Assembly (NCBI GenBank): GCA_028534125.1
Contig: CM052816.1
Coordinates: 3,660,001 to 3,724,000, forward strand
Reading direction: 5' to 3'
Length of the DNA stretch: 64,000 bases
Origin: Lama glama
Lineage: Eukaryota
Under the pieces are notes generated by a model that made no database searches, was not told the origin of the DNA, and saw nothing but the letters and a program-made list of their open reading frames with translations. Made by a program: the position numbers and the translations under genes. Positions 50,038 to 61,937 of this stretch are shown here, one piece after another (the stretch's first letter is position 1; every line of letters starts with the position of its first letter).

Positions 50038-52560
50038 ATTCAGGGATTCACAGCTCAGAACCTGAAGTGACCTGACTTCTTACAGACAGCAGAGTGCAAG
50101 GATGAGCTCAAGGCCACACAGCAGGTTCCTGAGTCCCCGCTCAGTGCCCTTTCCCGCGATGGCACTGTCACCAAGGGGTGCCCTGTTTGTGCTTCACCTG
50201 AACAGTTCACTCAGCCCTCGGTACAAGTCCATGAAGCTCCCTCAGATTTCTCTACTTTCCTAAGCTCGGAAGACACACCAGCATGAACGTGCTGGATCAG
50301 TAAAACGGATCCAACCATCAAGCCAGAGGCCAAAAGACTTAGTCACCAAGTTCATTACCTATTTACTCAATATCAATCAACAGCCCAGAGTAAAACGCGG
50401 CACCCACTAAATGACAAATGTGAAACATCCACAGACACGCTGGTCTGGGCTAACCTATCAACCACATATGATGATCCTTTTGATTGGTCAGAAATTCTGC
50501 CACAAAGTGTCATTTTAAGAAAAAAAAATTGCAGAAGGGTGAAGGGATTAAACGATTACCTCCTAAAAGGCTCCTGACTCAGTTCAGGCTATGAAGCATC
50601 AACACAACTTGAACTGGAGCAAACAAAAGACCAGTTTTAGAATGACACACTAAAATCTTCATATGCTTCCTCTAAGAACATTTTATTTCCAGCCTCCTTG
50701 GAATATGCCTGTCATTTTAGGATCAGTGATGGAAATGGGACAACTTCCTCAAGTCTTTATTTCACGGCACTAGACTTAGAAGACTTACTTGTTAATTTCA
50801 GAGGTTTAATTTCCTGGAGAAAGTTTCCATGTTTCCATAGGCTGCGTACAGAGGACAGTTGAAGTGCATCTAGAGCATTCTATGAGCAAGGACTCTGTCC
50901 TGTGTTCTCCAGGACACGGGTCCCTACAGTGGGCTGATGCTTGGAGAGTCCATTACGAGCTGCATTTGTTTTTACCTATAGAAGGTGTATTTTTCTGTTT
51001 AAAGCAGAGTTAGCCTAAATCCTTTACTCTTCTATTTCCCAGGTCCTCCAGGTAACAGAGAATTTGTTTCACAGAAAAAAATTCTGGACTATATTTAGAG
51101 TTCAGCTTCTTTTAGACAGCACTTATCTTTGGGCTGATCACCACAAATTTTTGACTACTTTTGTTAAAAAAAAAAACAAAAAACAAAAAACAATCTGCTC
51201 CTAAGAAGGACTGACAAAAGAAAGGGAACTAGACGGCCCGTTATCTTGGCGGGAAAGCTCTGACACCCCAGGCACAGGGATTCAGCGTCTTCTCAGGGAA
51301 TCAGCCCCCTCAGCTTTTCCTGGGCGGATGCGCTTAAAAGATTTCAGCTTTGACACGTAATATGAAACAGAGGATCTAGGTTTCTGAGAGCGAGGTAACT
51401 TCTGGCATCTGGAAGCTGTGGTGAAAACCGTTATTCTAGTAAAATGTAAGATGTTGCAGTGTGGTGTGTCATCTTAAAAACACAGCCCACTGTATATGGG
51501 ATTTTGCTAAGAGGGTAATTGCTCCCTGCCAATTACCCTCTGCCTTTGGCCCGATCTATTTCCCTACACTCCTAAAGGCTTAGAGGCTTTGCAAGAATGC
51601 TATGACTTTGTAATGAGGTGAGAGATTCTCCACTTACTGAGAGCGTGTTTCTGCTTAGGGAAAACACAAGCTCCAACGTGTAGGCTGCTGTTTTAGTAAA
51701 ACAGAGTTCTTGGGACTGCGTTGTGAAAGAGAATAGATGACGTGTGGAATACAGATACATCTGCTTACAGTTGGTGTCTTAATGAAAGAGTTATTCGGGA
51801 CTATTTATGATGGTTTATGATTGGTTTGAATTAAAAGAACTGCGAGAAATAAAGAAAGCCAATATTCACTGAATTCTTCCCAGCTATACGTACACAGTAA
51901 ATGAAGCTATTAAAAAAATGAAGTTATATTTGTATCATACCATTCTAGGGGGCCGCGGGTGGTTCTTTGGTGACAGGAATGCTTTTTAGGCTATGTCTCT
52001 GTCTATTTGACTGCACGCCTACTGTTCCTTTTTGTTTTCCGCATTTGCTGGTGGTAAGTACACAGCATCGCAGAGTCCTTTTCCGCTAAAAGCAGCACAC
52101 TTACGGGTAACTGACTAATGCCAGCACGTGGAGTAATCACAGAAGGTCGTTTTAGTACCAGATCATTCCAGACAACGGAGAGCTTTTCACAGAAGTTCGA
52201 TTTCTCTTAAACACCACTTTTCTTTGGGCTCATCAGCACCAATCACTGACTAGTTCTCTCAACTGGACAGGTTCTTGGGCGCCACAAAATACAACAGGAA
52301 GTAAACACTGCAAATGAAAGAATCCTCAATCTCACAATTACAAGGCTGGTGACCTCCTCCTTCAAACTCCATTTTAAGACCTTAAAGTCCTTAAGAAAGT
52401 TTTCTCTTGGTTGTAAGTTATCTTCACACCCTTCTACCCTCTCTCAATTTACATATTCATGACGCTGTTACATTATAGATATTCAAAACAGATCATCAAC
52501 CAGCAGCACAGAGAAAGGAAACAGCCACTTCAACAATGCAAACCATAGTCAGAAATTTAC

Positions 52561-52633
52561 CTTAGTTCCTTGAAGGGGTCTGCCCTGACATTAGGTGTCT
52601 CTATGGATTTAGGGAACACTGTGCCCTCTGCTC
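52561..52633 (-). CDS. SGCD: Internal coding exon of delta-sarcoglycan (corresponds to human exon 7), 73 nt, phase 1 to phase 2
   Basis: Minus strand reads ...tgtgtttgctttttcttttgtttacag|GAGCAGAGGGCACAGTGTTCCCTAAATCCATAGAGACACCTAATGTCAGGGCAGACCCCTTCAAGGAACTAAG|gtaaat. It has a polypyrimidine tract with CAG acceptor and a GT donor. Translation (G)[23 protein letters not shown](R) matches the delta-sarcoglycan extracellular domain as I recall it. Confidence 0.96.
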
Positions 52634-54143
52634 CTGTAAACAAAAGAAAAAGCAAACACAGGTTGGAGAGTTGGCCGTGTCACCTCGGGGCACAGTCAGC
52701 ACATTGAATGGCACTAAATGCAGTGAATCCTGCACACAACCCAATCCACACACATTCTGCCACTGGCTCGAGGGCAGGGCTCCGTGAAAGGGGAGCACTC
52801 AATCAACCCATGCAAACAGGCTTCAAAAGAACAAGAAATTTCTTTTGAAAGTGTTCTTGCTGAGATCAGAGTGAGGTCATGAGGCAAGCTGCGTGTTGGC
52901 TTCAAAAAACAAAAAAAAAAAATGCCTAGAAATGGCCTGGTCTGACTCTTGTCTCTCATACACTGTTAATCATCACCCAACCGGAAATATTTTCAAAACC
53001 AGCAGCTGATGCTCCGTTATTACAATGCAGGGCACAAATCATGCCACACACACAACATCTAAGTGGTGTGCTAGATGGTGGAGACTACTGTGAGAATGCC
53101 AGGTATTTGCTTAATGACAATTAAAGCAAAGGTTTTCCAGTCAATCACGTGCCACACTATTATCCTGAAAAGTTAGACAAAACAGAACACTCCGAAAGAT
53201 CATCTGAAGCCCAGCGATTTTATGGTTTGAGTAGTAACACTGATCCCCAATCCAATCTTGACATTTAGCTCCTGACCTGGCTATAAGCATTTATCTCTAC
53301 AACTTGTCAGTACCAGCTGAACCTTTCCAGCCATAAAGGCTGATTATCTGATTTGTCTGCTCCCCAAATGTCTTCAAATCATTTAAGCCTCAGTTTATCA
53401 CAGACAATTGCACTGGATTCGTTTTTTCAATTAAACTTAGCTAGGCAGCATCCTATACTTTGAAGTAAAGGTTTTATTTATTAATTTTTCTTTAATATGT
53501 GTGGTTCCTTGATGCTCTAAGAAAGGGTGGAATAACAACTTGCATCCATGTGTGAATTTCTAGAATCCTCTTGCACTGTTACAAAGTCTAGAAATCCTCC
53601 ATTAAGCACTGTTATTCCAAGTCCAGATTTATCCTGGTTTACTGAGGAGTCTGGGAAAATGAACTGGTTTCTTAGCTTTTGTAGCAACTATAGAAATACT
53701 TGATCCTTTTGATATGAGTGACAGACTATTGCAAGTAAAATCAGAAAATGCTGCTTTGGTTGAACATTATATATGGTCATTAAAAGAATACCCTGCTGGT
53801 TAATATATTATTTTTCATTCTCAGCTAACATTTTTTGGCGACTACTACATTGCTAGATACCATCATATATATTTATTTCATTTATTCCCTGCAACAGCCC
53901 CATAAAATTGACAGTTGCAGTTGTCATAGAGACATTTCGTGTGGGGACATTTAAGATCTTTCTCTGACCATAGACACTTTTACTTTCCAAGACCCTAAAG
54001 CACATCATTTCAAATATATCAAAATGTACTCATGGCCCCATTAAATACAAAGTTTTGCTGTAAATTTCACAAGAAAATTCACTGTTTCATTATGTATATA
54101 TTATTTGTTTTGCTCTTGTGATTGTTACCTGATTCTTTCTAAC

Positions 54144-54543
54144 TGTGATGGTTAATTTTACGGGTCAGCTTGACTAGATCAAAGGATGCCCAGGTACTTG
54201 GCTAAACATGATTTCTGGGTGTGTCTGTGAGCGTGTTTCCAGATGAGCGAACTGGTTTGCCTTCCCCAGTGTAGGTGGCCATCATCCTACCCCTTAAGGG
54301 CCTGAATAGGTCAGCAAAGTGGAGGACGGAGGACCTACGTATCCAGCCCTTCCTGCCTGACCCTATGAGCTGGGACAGTGATCTTCTGCTGTCAGTGGTC
54401 CTGGTTCTTAGGCCTTCAGACCTGGCCTGCAATCGACACCATTGACTCCCCTGGTTTGCAGGCATGTGGACTCAGACTGAATTATTCCATTGTCCTTCCT
54501 AGGTCTCCATTTTACTGATAGCAGATTGTGGGACTTCTCAGCT
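54144..54543 (+). mobile_element. MLT2-family (ERVL) LTR, 3'-truncated
   Basis: TGTGATGGTTAATTTTA...catgatttctgggtgtgtctgtgag...gcagattgtgggacttctcagc. Confidence 0.85.
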
Positions 54544-54689
54544 ACAGTTAATAAAGTCATACCACTAGTACTAACATGTTCATGAACCCTCTTCTTTCCT
54601 CCTTTTATCAGGGTCCTCTGTGACTCTTAAAAAAAGTAACAATTTTAAAACACTTGCTATGAAGTAGAAACTATTGAAAACTGTCTTCA

Positions 54690-54870
54690 TTTGATCATCA
54701 GAAAAACCCTGCCAGGCAGGGACTATTAATGTATGTTATTATGCATGTGGAATGTAAGATTCAGAGAAGTCAAGAAATCTACCTATGGACAGAAGTGAAG
54801 AGGGGGCGCCAGGATTTGAACCCCAGCATTTCAGCGCTGGAGGAGATGTCCTCGGCCCCACTCTAGACTC
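54690..54870 (-). mobile_element. MIR SINE
   Basis: tcatttgatc...aaccctgccaggcagg...ttcagagaagtcaag...gccaggatttgaaccc. Confidence 0.7.
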
Positions 54871-56079
54871 TTAATTTGGCAGATTAAGTCTCTACTTACT
54901 CATCTTTTTATGAGATAACAAATACCTAGGTTTACACCCTTAAGAAATACCAGCTAAATCCTGATCACTCCTCTTCTAAAAACAAAAACTTCCCATGTAC
55001 AATGAAATGGGACCTTAACACATTTCAAAATGACCATATCTTTCCAAGTCCTATCAGAGTACTGATTTTCACTCCATTTTTCACTTTTCTAAAAGCTGCA
55101 GAGTGGACCCTCGTCCATCGGGATGAACTCCCCCAACCCCTCCTCTATCCTCTTAGATAACAAATTATTCTCAATTTTATTATTTCTAAAAGGTTTCTAT
55201 TAAAGCCATACCTACTGATTCCTTCTTTTGCACACAATATAATTTAGTGGCAATAAATGTTCATAAACAGCTTGAGTGAAAAATCCATAAAGCCATTTCA
55301 GCTTTATTTTAAGTTCCATTTAATGTCCCTCAAAAATGATTTCATCAATGTGTTTCCATTAGCTGGTTCTCTGCCCAATAACTTAATTCCAAACAATCAA
55401 TCAGGAACTTATAAAGCATGTGACAGGATCTTTCTAAAGTGTTTTGAATCATCACAAAAATCAGCTCCCTGGCTCTATTTCCCCCACTCGTTCAGATGGG
55501 GGGTAAATTCCTCAAAAAAGAAAAGAAAAGAAAAGAAAACAAAACCAAAACCTGCAAATGCAGTTTGTTGCCACAGTATCAAAAAAGCTAGCTTCTCCTC
55601 TCTGGAAACTACACTCAAGTTCAAAACTCATTTTATCCAAGCTTTTCCCATAGAATCTCCTGGATATCAAGAGACCTGAAATCCATCTCTGTGATGTTGG
55701 CCAAGTCAGGTAACCCTCTCCTTCACTGTAAAATGAGGGATGGGATGAGCGACATCAAAGCTAAACTGTTTTCTCCACAAATTTAAAATTTCAAAAGGCA
55801 AAAATCTAAACAGAAGACTGTCTATAGCCCCCTCGGTTCCCTACTGGAAAATGTAGCAAGCCTGGAATATCAAAGGAAAATGCTAAAGATGTTCTTAGTG
55901 TTTAAGGAAGAAGCAAATTTAAGCAAACAGACATCTGTCCAATTCAAACTGCAATTAATTGGTGGAAATAATCTTCAGAAAATAAACCTCATAAGAGAGA
56001 AAATGGTAGGGAGTAACATTTATTGTAGATGAGGCTAACTAAGAAAACCCAAAAACCCTGATCTGGGGAAATTCAATTT

Positions 56080-56103
56080 TTTTTTAATTGAAGTACAGTC
56101 AAA
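56080..56103 (-). mobile_element. 24-bp L1 3'-terminal micro-insertion with perfect 14-bp TSD
   Basis: GGGAAATTCAATTT (56066-56079) + ttttttaattgaagtacagtcaaa + GGGAAATTCAATTT (56104-56117). The insert matches the L1 end at 59170-59195. Confidence 0.85.
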
Positions 56104-57120
56104 GGGAAATTCAATTTAAAACAAAAATAAACATTAAAGGGTCTAAAAACCTGCACATGTTAAAAATAGCCAGGAACTAAATACTGGAAGAAAAATTTAG
56201 ATCTGCAAATTTTGATACAGGAAAATTGGACTAGAGAGAAATAATAGCCACAAAAGAAAAAACTGCTATGATAGAAGTTATAATCAGTAAAATCGGAGAT
56301 CAAAAAATTTATGATGAATGAAATCTTTATTGCACACGGAAAAGAACTGATCTTACAGAAAATAATTTAAAGAAAAGCTTCTTAAAAAGACAGAAATGGT
56401 TTCAGTGTACTGTTTAGAAAACTGATGGAGGAATTAACCTAACATAATGGAGTTTGCCTAGTAAAGTCTCTCGTGATATATAATTATGCCAAAATCAGGA
56501 CCCACCAGATAAACCCACTGTGCACCAGGGAAAAATAATACTGATATTGGCATAATTGTGATGAATGCTTTTGTATGAATGAACACAGACTAAAAATCAT
56601 CTTTGGGTTTAAACCGCGGAACTAAACCGTTCAATCGGTTTCCACGTGCAGAGTTAAAATATGTGATGACCACTGTTTGAAGTCAAAGCCGTCGAAGTTT
56701 TCCAGTTCCTGTGGCCTGGGTAGACCTATCCTGAATGACAGTCCTTAATAACAGCCATATTTTACTTGATAAGATAAGGATATATTTTCACTCCAATATT
56801 ATACTATAAAATAGAGAAAAGGATGTCAATCTCATTTAAAAATGGTGATAAGAAAATGAGAGAAGGAATGATTTGATTTCCTGAAATACCAGAGAACTGG
56901 GAAACCAAAGACCTGATTTTTCAGTGCTGATTTTGTATAAGCTCATAGGTGACCTTTGGCACTTTACCAGTGGGTCTTATTTCCCCATTTGTTATACAAA
57001 GTAGGGGTAGGGATTCCAATAAAATCTAGCTTATTTAGTATTTGATATTTTAATTGCAATTGAAATTGCCTTTGCTTAATAAAAGTAGCTGCTCTGAGTC
57101 CAACTATGTGTTTCCTAGGA

Positions 57121-57620
57121 NNNNNNNNNNNNNNNNNNNNNNNNNNNNNNNNNNNNNNNNNNNNNNNNNNNNNNNNNNNNNNNNNNNNNNNNNNNNNNNN
57201 NNNNNNNNNNNNNNNNNNNNNNNNNNNNNNNNNNNNNNNNNNNNNNNNNNNNNNNNNNNNNNNNNNNNNNNNNNNNNNNNNNNNNNNNNNNNNNNNNNNN
57301 NNNNNNNNNNNNNNNNNNNNNNNNNNNNNNNNNNNNNNNNNNNNNNNNNNNNNNNNNNNNNNNNNNNNNNNNNNNNNNNNNNNNNNNNNNNNNNNNNNNN
57401 NNNNNNNNNNNNNNNNNNNNNNNNNNNNNNNNNNNNNNNNNNNNNNNNNNNNNNNNNNNNNNNNNNNNNNNNNNNNNNNNNNNNNNNNNNNNNNNNNNNN
57501 NNNNNNNNNNNNNNNNNNNNNNNNNNNNNNNNNNNNNNNNNNNNNNNNNNNNNNNNNNNNNNNNNNNNNNNNNNNNNNNNNNNNNNNNNNNNNNNNNNNN
57601 NNNNNNNNNNNNNNNNNNNN
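57121..57620. other. Assembly gap (500 N)
   Basis: Run of n characters. Confidence 1.
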
Positions 57621-57742
57621 GCCCCCCTCGTAACCACAAGTCTGTATTCTCTGTCTGTGAGTCTATTTCTATCCTGCATTTATGCTTTGTTTTTGTTTGT
57701 TTGTTTTTTAGATTCCACATATGAGCGATCTCATATGGTATT
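57621..57742 (-). mobile_element. Camelid L1 3' UTR fragment abutting the gap
   Basis: gtaaccacaagtctgtattctctgtctgtgagtct...tttttagattccacatatgagcgatctcatatggtattt. Confidence 0.85.
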
Positions 57743-58593
57743 TTAAACATTCTTTCATGTCTGAGACCCATTTTCTTGAAAACCTATCTCCTCTACAGCA
57801 CATTATCCATGGGAGGAATAAGAGACTGATTTATGGGAGAACTGATCACAGGAAATTCCTCAGAACTTTCCACAGAAACAGTGCTTTTGTGTTTTGTTAC
57901 TAACATGAACTTCTGGCTTTCTCTTGACAGCATTATGCAGGAAGGAATTCTTTTCAAGGAATGGGTTGGATTATGTTTAATCCACCATTTAAAAGGAACT
58001 GAGTCATCAGTGAGCTTGCAGAGTTTGAAAAATTTCAGGATTAAGCACTTTAAAGTGCTTAATTTCTGAAAGCGATCCCAGACATGAGCAACAAACAGAT
58101 GTGAGACAGAACCTTTGGGTGGGAAACGTCACTTGAAGTAACTTAATCCCACTGTGTCTCCCTGATTGCTGGTGACATTTAATAAACTTTTAACACAAAA
58201 TATATGCAGTCATTACAAGTCCTTTCTAGGATTTGTGTGAAATATATATATATATTTAGAAATTAGGACAGATTCTCCTAACCTAAAATTGCAGACAACT
58301 AGCTCATTCAACAAATATTTATGGAGGGCCTACTCCATAAATGAGTGGTGGGGAAAACAGATTCAGACTTCCTCTTTATGGGATCAAAATATGTAAAATC
58401 TATAGCATTCCAGTGCTGTAATATTGTTGTCAATAAACATTTAACAGTTACCTACTAGGTGCATGGCATAGTGCTAAGGCAGTATTCAGGGTAAAGCTCT
58501 GCTCTCTGCCCTTGTGGAGTTTTATTACAGCCAGACAGAAAGACCTTAGGGAACAAATTTAAACTGATTTTTTAAATAAATATTATTACAAAG

Positions 58594-58829
58594 CATGCGT
58601 TCTCAATGAGGTTAATGTACCCCCTAAAGGTACAAAAACTGGTCTCGGAGGACAAAATGAATCCTAGTCCACTCATGTGTAAAGCACAGAAATGCATACA
58701 GAACATAAATAGGTGTACAGTATCTGTGATACTAAAATTTCATTGGAGGGAAGTAATCAGGAAAAAAAAAAAAAAGACTGAAATGATTCCTGAGAAGGGT
58801 GATACTGGAAAAAAGACGGAGGAACACTT
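58594..58829 (-). mobile_element. MER112-like hAT-Charlie element
   Basis: catgcgttctcaa...taaagcacaga...tacagtatctgtgatactaaaatttcat...ggaacact matches MER112 in reverse. Confidence 0.75.
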
Positions 58830-59172
58830 GTAAATGCTATGAGGCAAGACAGGGAGCTGATGGAGCACTGAGTAGGGGGCCTGCCATGTCATGGGAGGAT
58901 CTTCGAAGGCTTCCTGGGTAAATGAAGAAGGGAGAGGAATGAGGCAAAGAGACAGTCTAGATGGAGGGGTGTGGACAGAGCACATCAGGAAGGAGGACAC
59001 GTGTGAAGGCCCCGAGACGACAGGTGGCATGCTGCTTTTAAGGAATAGTAAGGAGATTCGTGGAGCTGGAGCAGGAAGAGCAAGACCGTCATAAGATGAG
59101 ACTGGTGAGGTCGTGAGTGACAAGTTCATGCTGGAATAGGGAGGTCATCTTAAAATTTGAGAGAACTTTTTT

Positions 59173-59328
59173 TTTTTAATTGAAGTACAGTCAGTTACAA
59201 CGTGTCAATTTCCAGTGTACAGCACAATGTCCCAGGCATTCATATACATACATATATTCATTTTCATATTCTTTCTCATTAAAGGTTATTAAAGTTATTG
59301 AATATAGTTCCCTATGCTACACACAAAA
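59173..59328 (-). mobile_element. Camelid L1 3' end, 5'-truncated, 11-bp TSD AGAACTTTTTT
   Basis: (T)n aattgaagtacagtcagttaca...gaatatagttccctatgctac; TSD at 59162-59172 and 59329-59339; TT|AAAA target. Confidence 0.88.
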
Positions 59329-59374
59329 AGAACTTTTTTAAGTTTGGTATTTGCTATTCTATCTAAGATATTGT

Positions 59375-59544
59375 GAGATGGAAGGAATCTGGACCCTTTT
59401 GTAATACTGTTGATCTGTTGGCTCTGGATGACCTACATCCAGAATTATTTATTATTACATAATAAAAATAACTCCTTGATTTGTTTGAGCCCATGTTTGT
59501 TGGGTGTCTGTTATTTCCAACCAAATATAATTCCAGTAGTTACA
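59375..59544 (+). mobile_element. MLT1 (MaLR) LTR 3' fragment
   Basis: agatggaaggaatctgg...ttgtttgagcc...tctgttattt...taca. Confidence 0.6.
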
Positions 59545-59555
59545 GGACCTGACTC

Positions 59556-61937
59556 CAGGCAAACCTTATTTTACTGGGTTTTGTTTTATTGAGCTTCACA
59601 GATTATATATATATATATTTTTTTTTATAAATTAAAGGTTTGGTGCAACCCTGTGTCAAGCAAGTCTACGGATGCCATCTGTCCAATAGCATATGCTCAC
59701 TTTGTGTCTCTGTGTCACACTTTGGTCATTCTCACAATATTTCAAACTTTTTCATTATTATTATATCTGTTATGGTGATCCGTGTTCACCAATCTTTGAT
59801 ATTACTATTACAATTGTTTAGGGGCTCCATGAACCATGCCAATATAAAGTGGCAGACGTAATCAATGTTGTGTGAGTTCTGACTGCTCCACCAACCGGCC
59901 GTTCCCCTGTCTTTCTCTCTCTCCTTGGACATCCCCATTTCCTGAGACACAGCAATACTGAAATTACGTCAGTTAATAACTCTACGACAATCTCGAAGTC
60001 TTCAAGGGAAAGAGAGAGCAGCACACCTCTCATTTTAAATCAAAAGCTAGAAAGGATTAAGTTTAGTAAGGAAGGCACATCAAAAGCCGAGACAGGCTGA
60101 AAGCTGGGCCTCTTGTGCTGAACAGGCAGGTTGTGCAAGCAGAGGAAGACTTCTTGAAGGAAATTAAAACTGTTCCTCTAGCGAACACACAAATGATAAG
60201 GAAGCTAAACAGCCTTACTGAGAAAGTCGTAGTGGTCCAGAGGGAAGACCAAACCAGCCACAACATTCCCTTAAACCAAAGCCTCGTTCAGAGCACGGCC
60301 CTAATGCTCTTCATGTCTATGAAGACTGAAAGAGGTGAGGAAGCTGCAGAGGAAAAGTTTGAAGCTAGCAGACTGGTTCATGAGGTTTAAGGAAAGAAGC
60401 TGTCTCTGTAACAAAAGAGTATGAGGTGAGGCAGCAGGTGATGAGGTCAGAGCTGCGGCAAGTTACCCAGAAGATCTAGCTGAGATCATTAATGAAGGTG
60501 GCTACAGCACACAACAGATTTTCAGTGCAGATGAAACAGCCTTATATCGGAAGATGCCATCTAGGACTTTCACAGCTAGAGAGGAGAAGTCAGCGCCTGA
60601 CTTCAAAGCTTAAAGGACAGGCTGACTCTCTTAGGGGCTAATGCAGCTGGTGACCTGGAGTTGAGGCCAGGGCTCATTTCTCAGTCTGAAAATTTCAGAG
60701 TCCTTAAGAATTATGCTCAATCTTTTCTCCCTATGCTCTATAAATGGAACAACAAAGCCGGATGACAGTGTGTCTGTCTACAACATGGTTTACTGATTAT
60801 TTTAAGTCCACTGTTAAGACCTACTGCTCAGAGAAAAAGATTCCTTTCAAAGTATTCCTGCTCATTGACAATGCACCTGGTCACCCAATAGCTTGGACGG
60901 AGATGTACAGTAAGATTTATGTTGTTTTCATACCCGCTCATACAACGTCCATTCTGTGCCCCGATGGAACAGGGAGGAATTTCAACTTTCAAGTCTTATC
61001 ACTTAAGAAATATATCTCATAAGGCAATAGCTGCCACAGACAGTGATTCCGCTGATGGATCTGGGCAAAGTAAACTGAAAACCTCTGGAAAAAGTTCACT
61101 ATTCTAGACTTCATTGAGAACATTCACGATTCATGGGAAGAGGTCAAATTATCTGTATTAACAGGAATTTGGTGGAGGTTGATTCTAACTCTCGTGGATG
61201 ATTGTCGGGGGTCCAAGACTTCAGTGGAGGAAGTCACTGCAGATGTGGTGGAAACAGCAAGAGAACCAGAATGAGAAGTGGAGCTGGAAGACGTGACTGA
61301 ATGGCTCCCATCTCATGACGCGATGTTAATGGACGAGGAGTTGCTTCTTATGGATAAGCCAAGAAAGGGGTTTCTTGAGATGGGAACTTCACCTGGTGAA
61401 GAGGCTGTTAAGATCATTGAAATGACATCATAGGATTTAGTCTACTACACAAACTTAGTTGACAAAGCAGCAGGAGGGTATGACAGGACAGACTCCATTT
61501 CTGAAAAAGGTCTGCTGTGGGTAAGGAACTATCAAACAGCACTGCATGCTACAGAGAAACCGTTCATGAAAGGAGAAGCCCATCCATGTGGCAAACTTCA
61601 TTGTTGTCTTATTTTAAGAAACTGCCATAGCCACCCCAACCTTCAGCAGTCACCACTGACATCGAGGCAAGACTCTTAACCAGCAAAAAGATTACAGCTC
61701 ACTGAAGGCTCAGATCATGGCTAGCCTTTTTTAGCAACTGAGTATTTTTTAATTAAGGTATGTACATTGTTTTTAAAACATAATGCTCTTGCATATTTAA
61801 TAGACTTTAGTACAGTGTAAACATAATTTTTATATGCAATGGAAAACAAAAAAAATTCATGGTACTTGCCTCACTGGGAGATTCACTTTATTGTGATGGT
61901 CTGGAACTGAACCCATAATATCTCCAAGGTATGGCTG
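59556..61937 (+). mobile_element. Tigger1 DNA transposon, near full length (2382 bp), both TIRs
   Basis: Starts CAGGCAAACCT, ends ATATCTCCAAGGTATGGCTG+TA; collinear with the Tigger1 consensus throughout. Confidence 0.95.
59990..61600 (+). pseudogene. Disrupted Tigger1 (pogo-family) DDE transposase
   Basis: ORF pieces 60115-60390 (QTSHNIPLNQSLVQS, GEEAAEEKFEAS), 60744-61022 (KVFLLIDNAPGHP) and 60919-61107 ([16 protein letters not shown]) are separated by frameshifts and stops. Confidence 0.85.

Larger units (their letters stand above)
1..52560 (-). other. SGCD: SGCD intron downstream of the exon (extends beyond window start)
   Basis: Begins at the GT donor (52560-52559). The next exon (LESPTRSLVMEAPKG...) was not found in the window, consistent with SGCD's very long introns. 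Confidence 0.8.

Noticed and set aside
57054..57771. Long ORFs of 175-230 aa
   Set aside because: Artefacts of translating through the 500-N gap
59556..61937. Active or domesticated transposase (TIGD1-like) gene
   Set aside because: The reading frame is broken by several frameshifts and stops, and the element keeps its TIRs like a neutral fossil
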